Below, one piece after another: positions 25,370 through 39,743 of a stretch of DNA of 64,000 nucleotides. Each line of letters opens with the position of its first letter. Positions within the stretch are counted from its first letter, which is position 1. Where the stretch lies: assembly GCF_006345805.1 (NCBI RefSeq), contig NC_043000.1, positions 44,206,001 through 44,270,000 of the forward strand. Reading direction: 5' to 3'. The notes below the pieces were generated by a model. It was given only the letters and a program-made list of their open reading frames with translations, did no database searches and was not told where the DNA came from. A program made the translations under genes and the position numbers. Source of the stretch: Octopus sinensis (taxonomy: Eukaryota).

Positions 25370-26670
25370 CGAATGAAACAACAAGTATCGTGATATCTTA
25401 GAATTAGAGCAGATGAAAGGCAGGGAAATGAAGGACAATATTTCTTCTCACTATACTGGAAGAGTGAAAACACTACGTAGACTCAAGATGAATGGAAGAA
25501 ACGTTGTCAGTTTATTCAACACTTGTGTTGTAAGCGTGGAACTTCATTGAACGTCTATTACGGAATATACTAAAAAGGAACCACTCCACATGGACAAGAA
25601 ACCTAGGATGATAATGGTCATTCATGGGAGACTTCATACGAGATGTATGGTAGTTATGCTTTAGAAATCTAGGACGTTGGGAGAGGACTGGGCGGAATAA
25701 TGTTTAGTTTTACCAAGACAAACAAATCCTTGCACAGCTATCTTAGAGATAGCGATGAAAGAAATTTGCCAGTCACACTGAATGAAAAGGTGAGTAGCGA
25801 CAATAATGAGACCCTCTACGAGTACAACATAAAAACAAATGCATAAAGTTTATCAACGGGAAACTGAAATTGCTAAACGGAGATATTTTCCAACAAATGA
25901 AGCTGATGAGCAATCTCGGACATGGTTGGGAAGTGGATATATTTTTTAAATGGTCACAATGAGATTGATCCTTGCGTCTAATAAATACATGTCATGAACG
26001 TACTCATGAACGTACTCATTCAAGTGCCGCATTGATATCACAGCAGTATCATATTTTCGTATACTATGCGAATAATTATCTGAGTCCCGTAGATATATAA
26101 GTTGTCGATAATCAAAGCAAGTCCAAACGTAATAAAAAAATTCCATGACAAAGTGACATTGCTCATCCCCTGTGAGTTGTGCAGGAGCTATGTGCTATAT
26201 TGTCCCAACAAGTGCTATATGAACCGACATTTGCCAGTAGCAGAGAATGTTCAGGTGAATAACTTGTGGGGTATGTCAATCCAGATGGAAAAGAAGCTAC
26301 GACATAACAGACCGCATATCACTCACTCACGGAAGGAGTTCGAATGATGGTTCTTCTTGAACGTAGGTTTACTTGCAAACCAGAATACCGAGAGGACAGT
26401 ACAAGAAAGCCGAAATGTATCAAGACCTGACATTGGAAGTGAACCGTATCGACAGATCTACAAAACCGAATGTGAAACCTAATGTGATCAGTGCAATTCA
26501 GACTGTCTGAAAGAGAGCAATGTTATGGTATGTGAAGCGGAAAATGACAGATTTTATTGGCAGTACACGGTTGGCAGCAGTACGCGAGACAGCAAATGTG
26601 ATGAAGAAAGTGTTGCGTCTCTAAGCTGTGGGAAAGAGCTGTGACGGGAACATAAAACACGAAAAAGAAA
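25370..26670 (+). mobile_element. Decayed R4/Dong-like RLE LINE (RT thumb to restriction-like endonuclease)
   Basis: Fragmentary peptides ..KMNGRNV..INT.., MDKKPRMIMVIHGRLH.., NNLWGMSIQMEKKLRHNRPHI.., MYQDLTLEVNRI.. (LWD..HNRPD..KYxDL pattern); followed by a (TAC/TTA)n tail. Confidence 0.7.
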
Positions 26671-26837
26671 TACCACTATTACTGCTGCTACTACTACTAC
26701 TACTAATACTAATACTACTACTACTACTACTACTAATACTACTGCTACTGCTACTGCTGCTGCTGCTGTTACTCTTACTGGTCATACTACTACTATTACT
26801 ACTGCAAATATGAATTATTATTATTATTATTATTATT

Positions 26838-27392
26838 GAGTGAGAGAGCAGTGCACGCCATCAAAGTGACATTGGGGTACAAATATTCGAAGCCCAGTAT
26901 ACCCATCATGACTACCCGTCTGATAAGTGTACACCAGGTACATGCATCACAACCATATGTGCGCAACATGGTGATCTCATAACAAGATAAACAGCGCATG
27001 ACCTTGCGGGTGGGGCCCAGTTAGAATTTTCTTCTGGTTGGGTAACCTATCCCACTCAAAAGGTCCCTGATTAAGGGTTGTTAAAGGATGCTGAATGAAA
27101 TACCCATGTTTCCAGAGGTGAATCATTCAAACTTCAAAGAATCCCTCTCAACACATGGCTATGATGCTTCCCCACTACTTCTACTCGTGATGAGAGATGC
27201 ACATATCGTCAGCCACTAAGGGACATGCTCAACAGGTTACGGTCAAACAACTGACAAGCAAATCTGTGGTATTGAGCAGAATATTTGCTGTAGCCCATCT
27301 TTTATATCAAGACAAAACAATGTTCATGGTAACACTTCCAATCAGTTAAGATCAGAAGCCATGAGAGCCACTGCCTGGTACTGCATCAGGGC
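26838..27392. mobile_element. ~555-bp non-coding interspersed element flanked on both sides by (TTA)n
   Basis: GC-richer unique block between (TTA)n at ~26814-26837 and (TTA)n at 27393-27513; no long ORF. Confidence 0.6.
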
Positions 27393-27444
27393 ATTATCAT
27401 TATTATTATTATTATTATTAATATTATTATTATTATTATTATTA

Positions 27445-27515
<71 letters not shown>

Positions 27516-28469
27516 AACTTGATATACCACGTCCTCTAACAGCGGATCAACATCTAGAAATATCACTTCATAGTTATCCCCCTTGACATTCATATGATTA
27601 TTGGATTTAAGAAAATACAATCGCTAATGTAAATTCTAGGAAACGAATATGAAGGCAAAGCAAAAATATCATGCTGATGAAGAACCTAAGATGGGAGATT
27701 TACAGCTTGCATACGCGCTCACGTGTACATGCAGACGCAAACACTTGAAGTACGCACGCACAGAAACACACACATACATACATATATACATACATACATA
27801 CATACATACATACATACATACATACATACATACATACATACATACATGCATACATACAAAGGAAGTAATTAGTGTACTAGACAGCTTAAACATACGCATA
27901 TACAAGAAAAGTTCAGGAAGACTTCTAATTCAATTACTTTAATATTGAAAGTGAAGTTCAATGCTAAAAACGGAAAATGTCGAGGACGAAAAAATCGCTT
28001 ATAATAAGTTATAACAATAGTGATCTTAATTAATGGTTAACCAAATTAGCAATACAAAGCACAACAAAAACAGGTATGACTACATTTAACATACCTCACC
28101 CATAATGATTACATTAACTAAAAATAGAAGCAGGTAGGAAAAGCAAAGTATAATGACATACCCACTATAGCACTCTAAAGCAATCCAGTAAAGATAAGTA
28201 TAAGAAGTGGACAATAGAAATGACACTCAACAATTACAATAATAAATAAAGTATACTTGAAATTAGCAGAAATCAAGAAGACGAAAAAGAAAACTAAAAC
28301 TATACCAATAATCAGAACGTTAAAATATGTAGGGAATGATTTCCATAGAAAACGAACAGAAAGCAGTACGAGCTCAGAATATAATGTGCATGGCACAATA
28401 ATAACAACAGCAATAACAACGACAGCGACTGCAAAAACAAAAGCAAACAATCAAACAATAACAACAATC

Positions 28470-29280
28470 AATAATAGCCAAAACAAAATCCTACCAATGC
28501 CTGAGAAGCTCACTATTCAAAGCGGGGACTGAAGGATTTTTAATTGCACCACAAGTTCCCATTAGACATCAACAAAAGCAAGCAAGGGAAAGAAATACGA
28601 CAAATAACTGCAGAATAAGGGAAGAAACAAAAAATTGTATTATTTCTGGCTGCCCAGTTCTGTCTCAGAAGGAAAATATTCACAGACACGACGGAGTTGG
28701 TCCCTATATACACTGGAAGTTATGTCAACACTATGAAATAACAACAGAAAAAAGATGGTATAGGCACGCGCTAGAAAATGTCACAGAAAATAAGAAAGCA
28801 AGCATACTCTGGGATATACCAATAAACAGAGATTGAGAATCAAGGCTAATAGGCCGGATATAGTGGCCAGTGATCACCAAGAAAACAATGCTTTCAATTT
28901 ATGTATCAATACCAACAGATGACAATGTTTCTCTAAAAAAAAAAAGAAATACATTCAGAGTACAAATATATTGAAATAGAGGTAGCTCGAAAATGGAGCA
29001 TAACAGCAGAGACAATTCTATTATAATAGATGCATTAGGTGTGATAAAAAATCATTCAGATAAATATATAACAAAAAACCATTAGGACTTACGATTATAT
29101 ATAACATATAGAAAATAGCACTACTTGGCATTGCACACATCCTACGTAAAACACTTTCATTACAGTGAAAATATGTGCACCACTACAAACTACAGAACAT
29201 ACCCAAGGTAAACAGAGCTGCAGTCGGTAGTGTAGTGGAAGCATGTGATAAAAATGAGACTACTGAAAATGATAATAAAA
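28470..29280 (+). mobile_element. R4/Dong-like RLE LINE 3' fragment with 3' UTR
   Basis: ..IISGCPVLSQKENIHRHDGVGPYIHWKLCQHYEITTEKRWYRH..ASILWDIPI..KANRPDIV..; ends ..IALLGIAHILRKTLSLQ* (zinc-knuckle region, RHD, RPD motifs). Confidence 0.85.
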
Positions 29281-29469
29281 ATTATAAACTCTCCCGTCGA
29301 AAACAACGCATAAATGCAAATATTTTTCTGTAAGACCTGCACAAATGATTTGCTTATAGTGATCTAATTTAGAAATGTAGGTGGTGAAATTTAGCTCACT
29401 CGCCTCATCAGATCGACATTGCTTGTAAAGGTGCCACATGTCACGTATGAAAATGATCGCAGAGTGACG

Positions 29470-29817
29470 TTAAATGATGTGATTTGCTGTCGGAGAATAG
29501 CCAGCCACCAGTCTGAATGCACCACCGTCACTGCTACTCACATCTAGGTCCACCAAATTACCTTCTGGATCCAAGAAGATTACCTTTATTTTCAAATCCA
29601 GAACTTTCCGGAAAAACACTCCATTTTCACCACTACCGACATGGAGAGCAGTAAATTTCGTATCCACCGAAGAGAGGCATGAATGTTTATGAATCGGAAA
29701 GGATGGCTTCACTATTGTTATTACGTCTACATGAGAGGACCTCAGGTCAATTAAAAGTTGACATTGTTTCCAAACCGACCCGCGGTTCCGGGCATTTAGA
29801 CGACAAACTTTGAACAC
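29470..29817 (-). pseudogene. Tx1/L1-clade LINE ORF2 apurinic-endonuclease N-terminus
   Basis: FKVCRLNAR..GSVWKQ..LLIDLRSSHVDVI..FFRKVLDLKIKVIFLDPEGNLVDLDVSSSDGGAFRLVAGYSP; homologous to 45086-45842. Confidence 0.75.
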
Positions 29818-31559
29818 GACAATGTTGAAAGAAGAAAAATATAGTGTTTATGTGTGTGTGTGTGCATATGTCTATATATGCATGAAAATGCATATTTACA
29901 CGCAGTTGTTACTCCTTACATCAATTGTATCCATGAAGGGTAACATTTTGAAATATTATCAAAAACATATTCGTAGAATTACAAATATGAATTCATTATA
30001 AAGCGGGCAGATATTTAATTCATAATTAAGACACGCTAGGAGTATAAAGTCCTGTATGTTTGCGTGCGCATACCATAATAATTAAAAAAACCTATCTGTT
30101 ATAATTCATATAATATATTTTGTTGACGCACGTTTTAATAAATATGTCAATTAATGAAATGTACTACGAATAGTTTGCTATACAGTTCAATAGCTGTATG
30201 CAAAGTTCTCTTTAATCAAACATATGGGAACTGTAAAGCTGTCAATAAATTATGAATTCATTAAGTGCCAATGTACCAGGCACACAAAAAAAGATAAAAC
30301 ATATTCATAAATCCTTAAAATTATTCAACTTAATTTGTTGAGAAAAAAAATCTAGTCCGAATTGTCATGCATATTAAAATCTTCCATGATGAATAGATTT
30401 GAAGAAATAACAAACAATGCATTTTATGCACGTTAACGATTTACAGACAGTGCTGTAAGAAAGGAATGTTACTTTTTATAAAATATATGTGATACAGTAA
30501 ACCACCGGAGATTTAAGTCTCAATGCATATTACGAAACACCTGGATACTGTATATCGATGATAATGCAAGCATGTTCTATATAACCTACTGTTGCATTAC
30601 TCTTTCCTGTGATTATATTTATCAATAAATCTTTTCTCTTTTGCAAGTGAAATCTTATGCGCATTACACTTTGCATTAAGCAATAATCTCTACCCTGTGA
30701 TATAACATATGTTACAATGTATAATTCAGTTTCCAAGTTATATGGCTTACATGTCACACAGCACATAGAAACTGAGAAATAAGACATGATATATTAATTT
30801 TATCAATGCATTTCATGAGGTGGAAAAAGATATGTGAAGATTGATGGCTGAGAATTAAAGTTTTTTCTTGGGCATATTCTTTTAATTCCAATAAAAGTAT
30901 ATTATGCACAATATAACGCACAAATATATAACCACGGATAGTATGAAGTAAACCTTAATGCAATCGTTCGAAAACATCGCGGAGTTATTAAGGATGTGCA
31001 GACATAGTTTAAAACCCAACGACATTCATGCTGACACTATTGCAGGTAATGTCACTGAAAAAGATGACGGTCTAGCTTTATGACCAGATGGGTAGAGGGT
31101 AAGAGTGAGAGAAGAGATATCCACATTTCTATTCACCATTTATTTATTTAATTATTTTTTCCATTTTTCAAACGTGCACGGGAGGACCGCAATACCGAAT
31201 GTTAATGGATCTACATTTCATCAAAACATTTTCTCCAAAGTTGAATGTTTAGAAAGAAAAGTAAAGGCAGTACGTTTTGTAAGTGTTATACTAATGTTCT
31301 CTAACGTATATGTATGTATGAGCATATATATAAATATATTCGTTTTATTTACTGATTGATTTTTCAAATTGTTAATTTGCAAATATTATACTAATGTATT
31401 TTCATGCAGAACTACACCTTATCAAAAGTTCCCTCCAAAAATTAATGTTTGGAAGGGGTATATTCTAAATATAACTCAAAGAGAAGATAAATAAAGAAAG
31501 GAGGAAAAGAGAAGGAAAAGAACAGAAGAAAAGAATAAAAAAGAGATAGAAACAAAGCA

Positions 31560-31830
31560 AAAATACGGCGGGGAGGGAGGGTCCTCCAGAGATGTCGGAG
31601 GAACTCCATCCTCCCGTCGTAAAAGGAAAAAAGAAGAGAAAAAAGAAAAACGGGGTATTGCCGGCGACAGCATATCCTGACACCTCTTCAGGGGAATGTG
31701 TGCCACCGGAGGGGGGAGAAGATAACTTCGTTAGTGGAATGTGTGCCACCGAGCAAGGGGGTTGAAACGCCTCCCTGTGAAAGTGGTGAAGAATGTATGT
31801 CCTGCTATCTCTGGGGAGGAGCTATTGACA
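31560..31830 (+). mobile_element. GC-rich fragment, possibly LINE ORF1 C-terminal region
   Basis: Basic KKKRRKKK stretch and a duplicated gaatgtgtgccaccg; assignment is inference only. Confidence 0.3.
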
Positions 31831-31899
31831 GTTTCGTGGAGAATGATATGAATACTATATATATATATATATATATGTATGTATATATACATACAAATA

Positions 31900-32110
31900 T
31901 TTGCGAAGGCCTGCTGAAGGGTTCATATGTTGACCAAGATATTGTCATGGAATTTTATCAAATAACGTTTATTTTCGACGTAGACACCCCACTTGTTGTT
32001 CACACACTTCTTCCAGCGGTGTGGCAGTGCCTGGATCCCATAGATGAAGAAGCTTTTATCCTGTTAATCAAACAGTCCCAAAAACCAGCTAACCACTTTT
32101 GCACTGTTCT
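31900..32110 (-). pseudogene. Mariner 3' end relic
   Basis: Minus strand reads FFIYGIQALPHRWKKCV..GVYVE, the mariner C-terminal motif. Confidence 0.65.
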
Positions 32111-32189
32111 CAATATTCAATTCTGTACAGCCAACACTACACTACACACATACACACATACACACACACACATACATACACACACACAC

Positions 32190-32240
<51 letters not shown>

Positions 32241-33487
32241 GAGAGAGAGAGAAGGAGACACAAAAAGTTATCGCTTATATAATCGTTTTTACTATGAATC
32301 TTTATGAGTATCACAATAGACGTTTTGGCACACAACGCTGTTTTACGATTCTAGGATCAGCTTTCCAGTTATTCATATATATTAATAGTAATGTCGCTTC
32401 TAATCTATCTTACACACGTTCATAACTAAAACAATATACTTGACATATGCTCTCACATTATATTTTCGTGAAATAAATATGAAGTACATTACTATATTTT
32501 AAATTTCAGCTTCAATGAAGTATTCTCCAAAACGTCATATGCATATGTATAAATATTTTTATGCTATTCCTGAAGTAAATACTTCATTATTTGATTCATT
32601 CTATCTGTCATTTGGCTCAGAGTTTCACATGCAGAGATGCATGAATTAGTAGCTTGATTTTCCGCATGTATATATGAATGTATGTATAGACATATAGATT
32701 TATATTGATATCAACACATTTATATGTTATATATTCAAAGTTAGGTGCACGTATGGGTTACAACAATGACACATTTTCAAATAGCATACGGTGCAGGTTT
32801 TAACGTTTCCAGTGTTGTGCTATCGAGATATAAAAATATCATAATAATCAGATAGCAAAAAAATATTTCAAGAAATAAAATGCTTTAGACTCAAGAAAAA
32901 AAATTGAGTGAAAATCAATACGAATATCATTTTATACTAACAAACAACTAAGTTATCGGCTCAAAACTGAAACGTCTTTCAGCGCAATTTTCTATTATTT
33001 TGGAACAAAAAATATGTTTTAACAATTCATTACTCTATCAAGATTGCTATGATTACGATTTCACAGAGTCTACTAGCTTCAGTAAGATGTTTTACTGTAT
33101 ATTACCGTAAACAATTTTTCGAAAAGTTTGCAAACACATAATGCTGTTCTAGAAAAAAGAGAAAGAAGTGGATACAAAAGGAACGAGAAACATGAAAATG
33201 CCATTAAGTTGAAGTACAACGAGACAAGCAATGGGATGGAAGTAAAGAGGAGACAAAAAATATTAGAATTTAGTGAAGATCGTATCTTGGTGATCATTTT
33301 GATTATAACAATTTATTTCGTTGGAATGTTCAATTAAAAGCTATATATTATACAGATTATCAATACATTCATCTATATATGCGTGTGTATGTATAGACAC
33401 CAGCATATTACATATACAGCTAGATATTTATATATATATATAGATAGATAGATATGTACACACACATACTCAGACAGGCAGACAGAA

Positions 33488-33539
<52 letters not shown>

Positions 33540-34196
33540 CTAGTATCACATCCTCACTGTATGTGTGTTGCCAAAGACTTTTAGTTGTGCTATTTCGTCT
33601 AAGAGAGGTCCCTTTAAAACGTGATATTATTAACAGTGTATACTTCAAAACTAGCTAGAACGAAACCACTCCGGAATGTACTGAAGTGACCTGCGGTTAT
33701 TTCGTAATATTTTCTACACCAATGTGCCATAACTTCATCTCAATTCCAAAACAGATTGGAATTGCCAAAAATATATATAGTTTTGACGTGCATATGTGCA
33801 CAAGTGCAGCAAAATTCTAATTTTGTGTAGGAAGCAACACAAAACTCATATATGCGTGACTGTGTTATTTCAACTTAGGATGGTCCCTTTAAAGACGTGT
33901 AGAGCAAAAGCGAAACGAAACCGCCCCTTTAGTGGACGAGAATGACATTATCGATATATTTTGTGCGAATAGATGCAATATGCCTATATTCAAAATACGC
34001 GTATACAGTATGTAACTCTCGTTCCCATCCGGGGTGGTTTCGCTAGGTCTAGTTTACAATGATAACGTGTTTTCAACGCCACACGCCACTAAATGAACTT
34101 CCGAAGCGTCTAAAAACACATATGCAACGTTCATAATATTTACATTATTGTGTAGATTCTTACACAGAATTTTAATATTTACCCCTCACACATATG

Positions 34197-34261
<65 letters not shown>

Positions 34262-34263
<2 letters not shown>

Positions 34264-34560
34264 TTACAGGCGTAGGTTGCTTCCCAACTACGTGCTTTGT
34301 AATTGAATCTCACTGTGTGGCACCTTGGGCATATGTCTGGTACTATAGCCTTGGGCTAATCAGGCTTTGTGAATGGATTTTGTTGACCAAAACTGAAAGC
34401 TCTTCGTGTATATATATGTATATCTATGTATGTGTGTTTTGGCGTGTTTACGTCTCTGGAACCTAGCTGTTCGAAAATACTAGGCTTTAAAAATATAAGT
34501 TTTTGGGTCGAATTGTTCGAGTAAAACCCCAGCATGGCCGCAATCAAATGACTTAAACAA
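34262..34560 (+). mobile_element. CORE-type tRNA SINE (family B), diverged
   Basis: gtggcaccttgggcatatgtct..tactatagccttgggc..ctttgtgaatggatttt..aaactgaaag, with a 3' end ccagcatggccgcaatcaaatgact; matches the reverse complement of 56310-56594. Confidence 0.7.
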
Positions 34561-35059
34561 TTAATAGATAATACATGCATTTATAATATCTATTTATTTA
34601 TTGCCAAAGTTATTGGACGACGATGATGCTGGGACACATCCTTGAATAGTTTTAATCGACAAAAATTGACCACAGTATCATATATATGTACATATTATTT
34701 TTCAAGTTTGGTACCTATCCTGCCGGCCACTTTTGCCGAATTGCTAACTTACGCGGAAGTAAACTAACGAGCATTTATTGTCAGGCGGTGGTGCAGGACA
34801 AGAACACACATAAATACACACATGAATAGAATTACAAATATATATGTAGATATACGAAGGGCTACGTTTATTTTCCATCTACCAAATCCATTTTCAAAGC
34901 TATTATCGTTACTAAAGTATATAATTTATGTCCATGTTGACACTCAGTGAAACAAAATCTAGACCATGTGTAGCAAGCTTCTTATATCTCTCTCTTTCTC
35001 TCTACCCCTCTCTCTGTTTATCTGTCTTTCTCTTTCTCTCTCTAACTCAATCTATCTAT

Positions 35060-35260
35060 ATACGAGGTGGTGTGGAAAAGTTCTTGGAATTGGGTAAAGT
35101 AAAGCACAATACAAGACGATAAGGAAATTTAGCTTTTATCCAATATATTTTCCTCTCAGATTCACACACTTATTGCAGCGGTCCGACAGCTTTTATTAAG
35201 TGCTTTAAAAGAACGCGAAAAGTTGGGCATCCAGCCAAGCCTTTCGTTGTACCCATAAAA
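35060..35260. mobile_element. Mariner terminal relic
   Basis: TIR-like tacgaggtggtgtggaaaagttc and cacacacttattgcagcggt, similar to 31900-32110. Confidence 0.5.
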
Positions 35261-35300
35261 TAAGGATTATTTCAGGATCCTCTCGTATATATATATATAT

Positions 35301-35880
35301 ATTCAAACATATAAGGGATGGCCATAATAGGACATGGGACTCACTAGAAAGAGCAGTTAAACTTCACACCACTAATAGTTGTAATTCTGAAATGGAAAGA
35401 GAAATAAAAACGTTTACCCTATCCTGTCTGAACTATGCATATTTTCGGCAATCTTTTGTAAATAAAATATATTTATTTACGACTGGCGTTGCACTCTTCA
35501 GCACAAAGCCAAGGACTAGCATATAGCCACGAGGCGATAATTGCCATGCCTCGAGTCTATATGCTATAACTTTTCAAAATCCACCACTCTCGCGCGGTTT
35601 TCTCAGCAGTAAATATAAACTGCCGATTTAATTTCAAAATTATCCCAAAAATCATTAACTAATAAATTTTTAGGGTAGCCAAAATTCTAGAAAAATTCTC
35701 CACTACCAGCGGTCAAGTGAGAAAGAAAAAATAGTCAATAGACTATGTAATATACATTCAAACATATAAGGGATGGCCATAATAGGACATCCGACTCACT
35801 AGAAAGAGCAGTTAAACTCCAAACCACTAATAGTTGTAATTCTGAAATGGAAAGAGAAATAAAAATATATTAGTTAATAT
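35301..35880 (-). mobile_element. ~1.25-mer of a ~456-bp hammerhead-bearing non-coding repeat, homologous to 53224-54140
   Basis: 35301-35410 is repeated at 35757-35866 with about 4 differences; the HHR lies in the unique part; (TA)n at both ends. Confidence 0.75.
35424..35508 (-). ncRNA. Type I hammerhead with extended stem II, partly decayed
   Basis: Minus strand: ctttgtg-CTGAAGA-g(t)gcaa..gtaaataaa-tatat-tttatttac..ttgcc-GAAA-ata-TGCA-tag-TT-cagacag. Confidence 0.6.
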
Positions 35881-35910
35881 ATATATATATATATATTATA
35901 TATATGTATA

Positions 35911-35972
<62 letters not shown>

Positions 35973-36123
35973 CTAATATATTTTTATTTCTCTTTCCATT
36001 TCAGAATTACAACTATTAGTGGTTTGGAGTTTAACTGCTCTTTCTAGTGAGTCGGATGTCCTATTATGGCCATCCCTTATATGTTTGAATGTATATTACA
36101 TAGTCTATTGACTATTTTTTTCT
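35725..36123. repeat. Near-perfect ~155-bp inverted repeat centred on (TA)n
   Basis: 35725-35877 is the reverse complement of 35969-36123, with one homopolymer indel seen. Confidence 0.9.
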
Positions 36124-36345
36124 GCGGGGAGACTCATTCTCTTTTAGTCCCCAATCATTTACGACACTCGCCGGTAAAGTTTCCATTCATTTACTCATTT
36201 GTTCTTCCTAAAATTTTCGTTGCGTCTTGCAACCTTTTCGTCGACTCCGTCCGTTACCCGAGCTACGTTCAATCTTTTGTTCGTGCGCATGTATGTATAT
36301 ATATATGTATATGCGTATACACACGCACACACAAGCACACATATG

Positions 36346-36423
<78 letters not shown>

Positions 36424-36781
36424 ATATACACATACATACTTACACACGTACGTATGTATATAGATAGATAGGTATTTTCACATTAATGGAAAGAAGTGTA
36501 TTCTCACGTAGCAAAGAATATTGAAGAATTTGCTTGGGGATTTTGAAAATGCACCATAATCTAAAAAACGTCTAGTCGTTTTTAAAGAGAATTAAGCACA
36601 TACCAAATGAGTTTCGACAGTTTTTTCTTCATCAATGGTACAAATACATATAAAAATATAATGTGGGGTTTTGGGAGTTTAAATGTACACGGTAAAAATT
36701 GGACAAGTATATTCAAACCATCAAGTGATTAAATGTCCACAGAAATTTCAGTGGATTTCACAGGGATAGATATATTTTTTA

Positions 36782-36992
36782 TTGCTCCCAAGGGGCTAAA
36801 GATACAGGGGACAAACAAGGACAGACAAACGGATTAAGTCGATTACATCTACCCCAGTGTGTAACTGGTACTTTATTTATTGACCCCGAAAGGATGAAAG
36901 GCAAAGTCGACATCGGTGGAATTTGAACTCAGAACGTAACGGCAGATGAAATACCTCTAAGCATTTCGCCCGGTGCGCTAACATTTCTGCAA
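36782..36992 (-). mobile_element. tRNA-derived SINE family A
   Basis: ggacaaacaaggacagacaaacggattaagtcgattacat..gaccccgaaaggatgaaaggcaaagtcgac..gcatttcgcccgg. Confidence 0.9.
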
Positions 36993-37179
36993 AGGGATAG
37001 ATAATATCAATGTAAATGTTTGATGGAGTTCATAAACATGCATTATTAAAAATTCAGTCATAATTAGTTTTTATAGAATAAGTGGAGAAGGAAGGGAAAA
37101 AGGTTGAGAGAAAGAAAAAATTATCTTTGCAATTTCTATCGTAGTGCGTGTAGTTTTTTTTTTTTAAATTTCAGTCTCA

Positions 37180-37860
37180 GTGCAGTGTTCTCTTCATCTT
37201 TCACCTTTTGTTGAACTCGGTAGTTACTTAGTGTTCTATCTTTTAATGTAGATATATGTTTTTACTAGAAAGGATCTAACTTTTCATTGGTTATAATTTT
37301 CATATCTTATTCTTTTCTTGTGTATGTTTTCGGTCAAAGAATATATTTTTGTTTTGGCAAAGTTCAGCGTTTTGTTTGGTTGGCTTTCTGGTGACAACAA
37401 CTCTCAACAGACAAGTTCTGATTGGCAGTAGGTTTCGTGACGTTTCTTTATTTTGATCACGAGTATTTTCCGTTTCGGAAAAAAACTATTTTTGTTTTCG
37501 TCAAGACCAGCTTTCTGTTTGTTGACTTCCCTGTAGTGACTCGGTAATTAGTTTTTGCCCGATGGTCATCAACGGTTCTGTTTGTTTGTATTCTAAGGGT
37601 CCGGTTCTGGCTGGGGGAAAAATTTCATTGGTTTTTGTCTGAGGTGACGTCAGCAACTGGTGCTTGATAAGTTGTATGGTGTTATTGTCTAGTAATTTGC
37701 AGCTGGATTTTTGAATCCCTGGGATATTTAAAGTTTCCGAATTATATTATGTATTTCAGGTCGCTTTTCGTTGAAATTTTTTAAAATCATTCTAGTGTGT
37801 TATTGTAGGATATTGATTTGCGATTTGTATTTTTTTATGAACATGATTTCCTTATAAAAT
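37180..37860 (-). mobile_element. Possible heavily decayed Penelope-like coding remnant
   Basis: T/G-skewed strand and weak C-terminal similarity (..TLSNYRV); no clean motif. Confidence 0.25.
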
Positions 37861-37873
37861 ACACACGCCCGCC

Positions 37874-37916
<43 letters not shown>

Positions 37917-39124
37917 ACACACACGAACACACATTGCAAATACCAGTTTTTACTCTACATAGGCTATAAAAAATAGTCTAATATAAAGTCATATAAACAC
38001 TCGAGGAGAAACTGCCCTATTATTAAATTATTTTCTCAAGACAATATACAGTGTAACGATATATATACAACATTTTCCCTCGCTACCATTTCTTAACTTA
38101 CACAGAATGCACATTCATTCCAATGCTTATATATGCGCGCGCGAACACACACACTCACACACACATATTAATTTTTAGTAGAAGCAGCAGAGTGACTGCT
38201 GCGCTGACAGACTTGTGTGTTAGCACTCATCAAACTAGTTATAGAGCAGCCAGCTATTAGTATTCCCCTTAATAGTTCTCAGACAAATTAAGTAACAATT
38301 ACAATATCACGTTGATAATTCATATTTTTCAAATAGCTTTATCATTTTGCCGTTCAGTAAATGGATACATAAATACTCATATAACGGAAATTTGTGCGTG
38401 CGTACACAGACATGCTACTATACAGACTTATACACACAGACGCGCGCGCACATATATACACAGACTTATATATATGAATATAAAGCAAAGCGTGTATATA
38501 TTCATAGAGACCTAATTACACATATATACAAACACATATAACATATATATTAGTGAATATACATATGTAAATGTATAAATATACATGAGTAAACATACGT
38601 GCACACATATATATGTATACACATACATACTAATACAGGCATGTATACACACACACATTTACACATACAGGTGTTCAAATACAAATGAGGCAAATAGAAA
38701 TGCATGCGCATATACGTATTGACACACGTTTGGGAATATATACAAATATTCCTACACAAGTATACTTACACTAGCACACTTATATACAGATACGCATCGA
38801 TATACAACACAGCGTAGGCGCCAGTGCACCCAGAGTTCACTACGGTTTGGCTAATTGTACACTGCATTCTTTTGGACTCTGTATCAAGACATATACAAAT
38901 ATTTATACGAGAGAATATTCACCAAGCACCTGACCAAAAGAGACCCTTTACAATTAGACGTTAATGTAATTATCAGTTTCCTTATGTGTAGTTCAAAACA
39001 CTAGCTTCACATTCCAGTTTTTTAATATAGTTCATATTTCTACATCCATATCGCTTTATATGTACGTAAGTATGTATGTATATATACGTGTGGGTATACG
39101 CATACATATATATTTACATACATT

Positions 39125-39169
<45 letters not shown>

Positions 39170-39229
39170 TATATATACACATACGCATATACATATATAA
39201 AATACACACAGACACACACACACACACAC

Positions 39230-39279
<50 letters not shown>

Positions 39280-39445
39280 AGATAGGAGTTGTAAATTCAA
39301 CCCTCCATGGGATAACATATATCCAATATACTGCTAGAGAACTACCCAACAAAGCTAATACATAAATGTTAAAAATTGCGATGCAATTAATTCATCTACT
39401 GTATTATGTGGGCAAAGGTAAAATTATTTTTACCCTAAATTAATA

Positions 39446-39687
39446 ATACAAAATGAGAAAATGGAGAAATATATATAAATCAATCATCAACCATCAGATA
39501 ATACCCAATCAATACTTTATTAAACCATTACACAATAGCAATGATATTATGCATTAATATAGTACAAATATAACAAGACATAGAAATAGAAATAGAAATA
39601 CATTTACATTGTAGCTGACAGCTGTTTCGGCCGTGAAGACAGGTGTGTTTGTTGACATACTGATCTATATTGTTTATATTGTATTAT

Positions 39688-39743
<56 letters not shown>

